Under the pieces are notes generated by a model. It was not told the origin of the DNA and did not search any database. It worked only from the letters and a program-made list of their open reading frames with translations. A stretch of 47,251 nucleotides of DNA from Bacteroidetes bacterium SW_4_67_19 (GTDB lineage Bacteria > Bacteroidota > Rhodothermia > Rhodothermales > Salinibacteraceae). The stretch is from NCBI GenBank assembly GCA_003023275.1, contig PXTX01000057.1:1-47251 (forward strand), in the 5' to 3' direction. A program made the position numbers and the translations under genes. Positions 40,903 through 47,251 of this stretch are shown piece after piece (position 1 is the stretch's first letter; every line of letters starts with the position of its first letter).

Positions 40903-43900
40903 ATGCTCTCCGACACGTCGATCCGGCGGCCGGTGGCGACGGCGATGTTTTACCTGGTCATCGTGACCGTCGGCATCGTGGGCTTTCGCTACCTGCCGGT
41001 GGACCTGCTTCCGCAGATCGACTTCCCGCGCCTGACGGTCTACGTCACCTACCCGAACGTGGGACCGGAGGAGATGGAGTCGATCATCACCGACCCGCTG
41101 GAGAACTCGCTCTCGGGCATCCCGAACGTGGAGCGCATGACCTCGCGCTCCGAAGAGGGGCGCAGCTACGTCAGCCTCGAATTCGGGCGCGGGGTGGACC
41201 TCGGGGAGGCGGCCAACGACGTGCGCGCCCAGCTCGACCGCATCCGTGACGACCTGCCGCGCGAGGCGGAGGCGCCGGGCATCTGGAAGTTCGACCCCAA
41301 CAGCCAAGAGATCGTCACCATCTCGGCGACCTCCACGCGCGACCTGCAGGAGCTGACGCAGGTGCTCGAAAACGAAATCTCGCAGCGCTTCGAGCAGATC
41401 TCCGGCGTCGGGCAGCTCGACATCAGCGGGGGCGTGTACCGCGAGGTGCAGGTGCGCCTGATGCGCGACCGCCTCAAGGCACTTGACCTGACGGCGGCGG
41501 AGGCCGAGCAGGCCATTGGCCGGAGCAACGTGCGCTTGCCCGGCGGCAACGTCAAGGAGGGCCTCAAGGAACGCTACGTCCGCACGCAGGGCGAATTTCG
41601 GTCCATCGACCAGATCCGCAGCACCGTCGTCACCACGCGCGAGGGAGCGCCCATTCGCGTCGAGGACGTGGCGCGCGTCGTCGACGGCTACCAGGACGTC
41701 GAGGACCTCGCCGAGCTGAACGGGAAGCCCGTCGTGCGGCTCGACATTCAGAAACAGAGCGGCGCCAACACCGTCACCGTCGCGCAGCAGATCCGGCAGG
41801 AAGTCGAGCGCATCAACAAAGCGCGGCAGGACCTGGAACTGACGGTCATCAGTGACCAGAGCCGCTTCATCAAGGACTCGATCACCAGCGTCCAGAACGC
41901 GGCGGTCTGGGGCGGCCTCCTGGCGATCCTGGTGCTGTACCTGTTTCTGCGAAATGTCTCGACGACGGGCATCATCGCCCTCTCGATCCCTATTTCGATC
42001 ATCGCCACGTTCGGCCTGCTCTACTTCGCGGGGCTGACCTTGAACCAGATGACCTTCGGCGGCCTGGCGCTGGGCATTGGCCTGATCGTCGACAACGCCA
42101 TCGTGGTGCTGGAGAACATCGTCCGATTACGCGAGGAGGAGGGGAACTCCCTGAAAGAAAGCGCCAGCGTCGGCACCAGCGAGGTGGCCGGCGCCATCGT
42201 GGCCTCGACGTTGACCACGTCGGTCATCTTTCTGCCGGTCGTCTTCATGCGGACCACCAGCGGGCAGATGTTTCAGGTGCTGGCGATGGTGGTCGTCTTC
42301 GCCCTGGCGTGCTCGCTGCTCGTCGCGCTGACGCTCGTCCCGATGCTCGCCTCGCGCTTCCTCACCGCGCAGCCGGATGCCTCGGAGGAGGCGCGCGAGA
42401 AGTCGTGGTTTCAGCGCGTCTTTCGGAACATGGAGAACCGCTACGCCGGGCGTCTCGAAGGGGCGCTCGACCGTCGTCGGTGGGTCTTCGGCGCGGCGGT
42501 CCTTGCAGTGGGGGGCGCGGTGGCGCTCTGGCCGCTCGTGCCCGTCGAGCTGGCGCCTCAGACGGACACCAACCAGATCGACGTGGAGATGGAGATGGCG
42601 CGCGGCACCAGCGTGGCGGTCGCCAAACAGTACCTCGGCGAGCTGGCGCGCACGGTGCGCCCGATCCTGGAGGGCGAAGGGAGCGTCGAGACGTTCGGCA
42701 CCGAGGTGCGCGGCGACGGCGACGCGGAGGTCGAGATCCGCATGGCCGAGGACGCGGACATCCCGACGGCTGTGCTGGCCGATTCGCTCCGGCAGGCCGT
42801 GGCAGGCAAGATTCCCGGCACGCGGGTGCGCGTGGAGGCACAGTCGGGCCTGTGGATCCTGCGGCGCATCTTCTCGGACGGGGGCGGATCGGAGGCGGTG
42901 CAGGTGCAGATCCGAGGCTACGATCTGGAGCAGGCGCGCCAGTTGGCCGGGCGCGTGAAGGCGCGCATGGAGCGGGCCGAGGGCGTGGTGGGCGTGCGCA
43001 TGGGGCGGCGCGAGGGACGGCCGGAGGAAAACATTCGCTTCAACCGCGACAAGATCGCGCGCCTCGGGCTGACGGTCGAGGAAGTGGCCCGCGCGGTGCA
43101 GACGAGCGTGGGCGGCAGCCGGGCCGGCTACCTGCGCGAGGGCGGGCAGCAGTTTCCCATCACCGTACGCCTGCGCCCGAAAGACCGCCTCAACGCGCAG
43201 GACCTGGGCAACATCGCCGTCAAGACGCCCGAGGGGGAAACCGTGCCCGTCTCCACGCTCGTCGATCGCAAGGAAGGGCGCGGCCCGACGCAGATTCGCC
43301 ACGTCAACGGGCAGCGCGTGACCTACATCTCGGCGCAGCTCCAGAGCGGCGTGGCGCTCGGCGACGCGGTAGATCGCATCCGCGGGCGGATTTCGCAGAT
43401 GAACATCCCGGAGGGCTTTTCCATCGTCTACGGCGGGGCCTACCGCGAGCAGCAGCAGGCGCAGACCGACTTCCTGATCGCCATCTTGATGGCGCTGGCG
43501 CTGGTCTACATGGTCATGGCCGGCCAGTTCGAGCGCTTCCTCGACCCGCTGGTGGTCATGTTCACCGTTCCCGTCGCGCTGGTGGGCGTGATCCCGACGC
43601 TGCTTTTGACGGGCACGACGCTGAACATGCAGAGCATCATGGGCCTGGTGATGCTGATCGGGATCGTCGTCAACAACGCCATCGTGCTGATCGACTACGT
43701 TAACCTGGAGCGCCGCGAGCGCGGGCGGGACGTGAAGGCCGCGGTGCTCGAAGCCGCGCGCCTGCGTCTGCGGCCCATCTTGATGACGACGCTGACGACG
43801 GTGCTGGGGCTGGCGCCGCTGGCGCTGGGCCTGGGGGCGGGGGCGAACCTGCAGGCCCCGCTGGCGCGCGTGGTGATCGGCGGCCTGCTGGCCTCGACGC

Positions 43901-44049
43901 TCATTACGCTGGTCCTGATTCCGGCCCTCTACATCAGCGCCAGCCGCTTCGGCGCGTGGGCTGACGCGAAGACGAGCGCGCTCTGGCGGCGCATGGCGCG
44001 GCGCGGGCGCTCCTCGGGCGGGGAGAGCGGCGAGCGGGCGCGGGCGTAG
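40903..44049 (+). CDS. RND efflux permease (AcrB/AcrD/AcrF family)
   Basis: SIRRPVAT, GLIVDNAIVVLENI, GIVVNNAIVLID, RLRPILMTTLTT. Confidence 0.95.
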   Translation: MLSDTSIRRPVATAMFYLVIVTVGIVGFRYLPVDLLPQIDFPRLTVYVTYPNVGPEEMESIITDPLENSLSGIPNVERMTSRSEEGRSYVSLEFGRGVDLGEAANDVRAQLDRIRDDLPREAEAPGIWKFDPNSQEIVTISATSTRDLQELTQVLENEISQRFEQISGVGQLDISGGVYREVQVRLMRDRLKALDLTAAEAEQAIGRSNVRLPGGNVKEGLKERYVRTQGEFRSIDQIRSTVVTTREGAPIRVEDVARVVDGYQDVEDLAELNGKPVVRLDIQKQSGANTVTVAQQIRQEVERINKARQDLELTVISDQSRFIKDSITSVQNAAVWGGLLAILVLYLFLRNVSTTGIIALSIPISIIATFGLLYFAGLTLNQMTFGGLALGIGLIVDNAIVVLENIVRLREEEGNSLKESASVGTSEVAGAIVASTLTTSVIFLPVVFMRTTSGQMFQVLAMVVVFALACSLLVALTLVPMLASRFLTAQPDASEEAREKSWFQRVFRNMENRYAGRLEGALDRRRWVFGAAVLAVGGAVALWPLVPVELAPQTDTNQIDVEMEMARGTSVAVAKQYLGELARTVRPILEGEGSVETFGTEVRGDGDAEVEIRMAEDADIPTAVLADSLRQAVAGKIPGTRVRVEAQSGLWILRRIFSDGGGSEAVQVQIRGYDLEQARQLAGRVKARMERAEGVVGVRMGRREGRPEENIRFNRDKIARLGLTVEEVARAVQTSVGGSRAGYLREGGQQFPITVRLRPKDRLNAQDLGNIAVKTPEGETVPVSTLVDRKEGRGPTQIRHVNGQRVTYISAQLQSGVALGDAVDRIRGRISQMNIPEGFSIVYGGAYREQQQAQTDFLIAILMALALVYMVMAGQFERFLDPLVVMFTVPVALVGVIPTLLLTGTTLNMQSIMGLVMLIGIVVNNAIVLIDYVNLERRERGRDVKAAVLEAARLRLRPILMTTLTTVLGLAPLALGLGAGANLQAPLARVVIGGLLASTLITLVLIPALYISASRFGAWADAKTSALWRRMARRGRSSGGESGERARA

Positions 44050-44052
44050 TGT

Positions 44053-44154
44053 TCAAGAGGGGGGAAGGATGGAAGGAGAGAGGGAACGTGTGTCTTCGAA
44101 AACCTCTCCTTCCATATCGGTTTCGGCCTGCGGCATCCATTCTACTTCTGCCAC
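44053..44154 (-). pseudogene. Truncated RelE/ParE-family toxin (first ~15 codons)
   Basis: GTG overlapping the antitoxin end; MAEVEWMPQAETDME then runs into a repeat arm. Confidence 0.65.
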
Positions 44155-44336
44155 GACACACCAAAGCGTTTCTCAATTTCTTTTTGCGGAATGCCCTCAC
44201 CGGACTCGCGCTGCTGGAGTCCACGCTCGATTTTGCGGAGAAGGATCAGCTTCTCAATCGCGTCATCGAGCGTAGCCTCATCAGGCAACGTCTCGACGGC
44301 CTTAGCAGCTTTCCGTTTTGCACTGACCTCTGCCAT
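44142..44336 (-). CDS. Small putative antitoxin
   Basis: 64 aa; LPDEATLDDAIEKLILLRKIERGLQQ..GEGIPQKEIEKRF, the pattern of RelE/ParE-associated antitoxins. Confidence 0.75.
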   Translation of the reverse strand: MAEVSAKRKAAKAVETLPDEATLDDAIEKLILLRKIERGLQQRESGEGIPQKEIEKRFGVSWQK

Positions 44337-44562
44337 GCAGATGACCTCTCGGACTATTGGCTATTCTCGGACCGTTTTTTATCGGCAAGGTGGCGGCTTG
44401 ATTCTCTCGCCGGCTGAGAAAGAACGCCGCGCCGACCATGAAAGAGCAGCCCGCGCGGGAGCCGTTTCCAGAGGGAAGCGTTCGTTTGGGGCGTGGGCGG
44501 GTTCGGGGTTTTGCATGTGGAACCGGAGCCGGGACGTGTGCGTGAAGTGAGGCCGCCAGCGC

Positions 44563-44636
44563 AGGCCCGTAGCTCAGTTGGTTAGAGCAGCGGACTCTTA
44601 ATCCGCGAGTCGGGGGTTCGAGTCCCCCCGGGCCTA
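44563..44636 (+). tRNA. tRNA-Lys (CTT)
   Basis: Acceptor AGGCCCG/CGGGCCT, anticodon arm GCGGA-CTCTTAA-TCCGC, GGTTCGAGTCC; CCA not encoded. Confidence 0.96.
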
Positions 44637-44654
44637 CTTGTTCGAGTCACACGG

Positions 44655-44679
44655 AGCCGCCGGACCGGGCGGCTTTTTT
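44655..44679 (+). terminator. Rho-independent terminator after tRNA-Lys
   Basis: agccgcc-ggaccg-ggcggct followed by a T run. Confidence 0.75.
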
Positions 44680-44711
44680 CGTAGCCCTCCTTTTTCGCTT
44701 CTGGTGTTGCC

Positions 44712-45338
44712 ATGACGGACTTTTTCGACGACGGCCGCCCGCACGAGGGCCTGTCCTACGACGACTACCTCGCCAACTGGCGCGCCCGAAAGGACGCCGA
44801 GCCGAGCGGCACGCCCGACAAGGAAGAGCGCAAGCTGCGCCACTACCTCCAGTACAACTACGAGCGCTCCGAGCGGGTGCACGCCCGCTATGAACCCTCC
44901 GCCGGGCTCCGCGACGCGCTCGACTCCATCGACGAGCCGCAGCTCTGGATGGTGCTCACGGAGCCGTGGTGCGGCGACTCGGCGTTCTGCCTGCCCGTCC
45001 TCGCCGAGGCGGCCCGCCTTTCGGAGCAGGTCGCGTTGCGCATCCTGCCGCGCGATGAACATCTCGACATCATGGACCAGTACCTCACCGGCGGGAGCCG
45101 CTCGATCCCGAAGCTGGTGGCCTTCGCCGAAGACGACGGCCGCGAGGTGTTTCAGTGGGGGCCGCGTCCCGATGGCGCGCAGGAGCGCTTCGACGACGAG
45201 GCCCGTAAGACCGACAACAAAGAAGACATCGTCAAGGGCCTGCTGGAGCACTATGAAGAGGGCGGCTGGCAGGCGGTCGACGGCGAACTCGCTGAGGCGA
45301 TAGCGTCTGGTGAGAAGGCGAGAGGGGGAGAAGGTTAG
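44712..45338 (+). CDS. Thioredoxin-like protein (WCGD type)
   Basis: LTEPWCGDS, RSIPKLV, WGPRP. Confidence 0.85.
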   Translation: MTDFFDDGRPHEGLSYDDYLANWRARKDAEPSGTPDKEERKLRHYLQYNYERSERVHARYEPSAGLRDALDSIDEPQLWMVLTEPWCGDSAFCLPVLAEAARLSEQVALRILPRDEHLDIMDQYLTGGSRSIPKLVAFAEDDGREVFQWGPRPDGAQERFDDEARKTDNKEDIVKGLLEHYEEGGWQAVDGELAEAIASGEKARGGEG

Positions 45339-45545
45339 AAGAAGGGGGGAAGGTCGCAATGCAACAGACGTCCCGTCTCACTCCCGCTCTTTCCTTCCTA
45401 AAAAATGGGAAAGACCGGTTTCTATCTCGGCCGCGCGTATTGCGTTTCTCGCGCGCGAGGCGCTACGTTGTACAAACGAGTTGCCGGGCGCCCGGCGCAC
45501 CGCGCGCCGACGCCGTTCTGTGACGTACCCGCGCCTTTCCCGACG

Positions 45546-46388
45546 ATGGAAGCTTCTTCGCCCCTCGACACCTGGACGACCGCGCACGACCTTTCGCTCG
45601 TCTACATCGCGCTGGCCTACGGCACCGATAAGGACCTGGCCGACGCCGAGCTCGACGTCATCGTCGAGCGGCTGAGCCGGTGGAATCCGCCCGAGGCGGC
45701 GCTCGAAGAAGGGGGGCAGGACGTGCAGGAGGTCATCATGGAGGCGGCGGCGATCTACCTCGAAGAAGACGCCGACCACGAGATCGCCGGCTCCGTCGAG
45801 ACGCTCGGGCAGACGCTCGCCGAAGAAGACCGCCGCCACGCGCTCGAAGACGCCCTGCGCATCGCCGAGGCCGACGGCGTCCTGCTCTCCAGCGAGCAAA
45901 ACCTGCTCTCGGCGCTGGCCGAGGCCTGGCACCTGCGCACGACGGGGCGCCAGCTCATCGAGGAATCCTCCGTCGAGGTCGAGGCCGTCGACACTGCCTG
46001 GAGCTTCCTGCACGATCTGGGGCTCGTCTACGTCATCCTCGCCCACAGCACCGACTCGGCGCTGAGCGATGCGGAACTCTCCGCCGTCCTCGGGCGCTTG
46101 CAGGACTGGCACGAAGAAGTCACCGAGGACGACGCGCGCGAAGTGTTGCGCGAGGTGCTCACCTTCTACGGCGAGCAGCCCAGTGAAGAAGCGCTCGAAG
46201 CGTCGGTGCGCTCCATCAAGGAGGCGCTCCCGCCCGCCCAGCGCCTCGTCGCCCTCGACGACCTGATGACCATCGCTGACATCGAGGGCGACCGTAGCGG
46301 CAACAAGCGCGAGATGATCGAGGGCCTGGCCGACGCTTGGGGCGTGCCGGTGCGCATGGGAGCGGCCCCGCAGGACGGCGAAGCGTGA
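45546..46388 (+). CDS. Tandem TerB-like domain protein
   Basis: Two homologous halves (HDLSLVYIALAYGTD..AEL / HDLGLVYVILAHSTD..AEL; IAEADG / IADIEG). Confidence 0.75.
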   Translation: MEASSPLDTWTTAHDLSLVYIALAYGTDKDLADAELDVIVERLSRWNPPEAALEEGGQDVQEVIMEAAAIYLEEDADHEIAGSVETLGQTLAEEDRRHALEDALRIAEADGVLLSSEQNLLSALAEAWHLRTTGRQLIEESSVEVEAVDTAWSFLHDLGLVYVILAHSTDSALSDAELSAVLGRLQDWHEEVTEDDAREVLREVLTFYGEQPSEEALEASVRSIKEALPPAQRLVALDDLMTIADIEGDRSGNKREMIEGLADAWGVPVRMGAAPQDGEA

Positions 46389-46560
46389 TGCGTGTCGCGT
46401 AAAACGTGATTCGTGATGCGTAAAACGTGATTCGATGACAGTAGGCCGACTCGTTTGCGTCTGGAAGCTACTGGGAAAGCCGGTCGGCAACGGTCAACCT
46501 GCCGTTTCGTTCTTGACCGTTCCGGAAGTCAACCTCACGCATCACGAATCGGCACTACGC
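46383..46560 (+). repeat. GCGTGAT-arm intergenic element, copy 4
   Basis: About seven heptamers on the left; core ctactgggaaagccggtcgg (46468-46487); ctcacgc-atcacga right arm. Confidence 0.8.
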
Positions 46561-46563
46561 TCC

Positions 46564-47232
46564 ATGCGTCGCGCACATCTGCTCGGGGTGGCGGCAGCGG
46601 CGGCGGTCTTATTGCTGCCGACGTTTGCTCTGCTTCCGCATCGGGCCTGCGCGCAGAGCGGCGGCGGCTCTGCTTCGCAAGGTCAGAATCGGCAGGTCCG
46701 CGTGCTGATGCGGGCGCACGAGCAGGCGCAACGCAGTCACCTGTGGCGCGTGGCCGCCTGGGGTGGGGCCAACCTCGCGGTAGGGGTAGCGCTGATGGGG
46801 GCGTCCCGGCGTTCGTCGCATCCAGCGCGCTTCGGATACGGGCTGCAGAGCGGCATCTGGGGCGCGGTGAATCTCGGCATCGTGGGCGTGGGGCTTTCCG
46901 GCGGCGGCCCCGGCGCCGCGACGGGCGCACTCGCTCCGGCGCTCGACGCAGTGCGCGGCTACCACGACATTCTCCTGCTCAACATGGGCCTCAATGTGGC
47001 CTACACGGGCGTGGGCGCGGCGCTCCTGGCCGCCGGCTACCGCGACGTCGAAAGCGCTGCCTCGTGGCGCGGGCACGGCGCGGCGCTGATCGTGCAGGGC
47101 CTCGGCTTGCTCGCCCTCGACGGAATGGCCCTCTGGGGGGCGCGCGGACGCCTCGCCGAACTGGTCGACCTGGCGGGGCGGGCGACCCTGTCGATGGGGC
47201 CGACCGGCGCGCGGCTCGTGCTGGCGCTCTGA
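46564..47232 (+). CDS. Hypothetical membrane protein with signal peptide
   Basis: Several TM helices; WGAVN, LLLNMGLNVAY, G.ALIVQG motifs. Confidence 0.7.
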   Translation: MRRAHLLGVAAAAAVLLLPTFALLPHRACAQSGGGSASQGQNRQVRVLMRAHEQAQRSHLWRVAAWGGANLAVGVALMGASRRSSHPARFGYGLQSGIWGAVNLGIVGVGLSGGGPGAATGALAPALDAVRGYHDILLLNMGLNVAYTGVGAALLAAGYRDVESAASWRGHGAALIVQGLGLLALDGMALWGARGRLAELVDLAGRATLSMGPTGARLVLAL

Positions 47233-47251
47233 AGCCGCCGCGCTGAGGCGG

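Noticed and set aside
44563..44700. Integrative element at tRNA-Lys or tRNA-Trp
   Set aside because: No integrase and no duplicated tRNA 3' end noticed in the window.

Overview
GC-rich bacterial chromosomal window encoding strongly acidic proteins, with a T9SS-type C-terminal sorting domain; this fits a halophilic Rhodothermota (Salinibacter-like) organism (inference). 1-12.75 kb is the core tRNA-Trp-secE-nusG-rplK-rplA-rplJ-rplL-rpoB-rpoC cluster. Then come a lipid block (TetR, acyl-CoA synthetase, EEP protein, Pcs-like synthase), a sugar block (GalK-like kinase, SSS transporter, xylA, xylB, SGNH protein, clan GH-A glycosidase, RraA-like protein, T9SS sugar dehydrogenase-like protein), a ParE/GyrB-type topoisomerase B subunit flanked by two toxin-antitoxin modules, DUF2726 and DUF4126 genes, a LytS/LytTR pair divergent from an RND pump, an antitoxin with a truncated toxin, tRNA-Lys, and thioredoxin-like, TerB-like and membrane-protein genes. 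Two window-wide patterns are not explained by the gene list. (1) Many spacers, even inside the ribosomal/RNAP operon, carry degenerate 7- or 8-nt tandem repeats: G/T-rich after stop codons and the complementary C/A-rich form before start codons. At least four spacers share a homologous ~160-bp element with a conserved core. (2) Many genes carry internal deletions or frameshifts (nusG, xylA, RraA-like, DUF2726, two TA toxins, others), which may be real decay or assembly errors. All family calls come from motif recognition by eye; no database searches were run.
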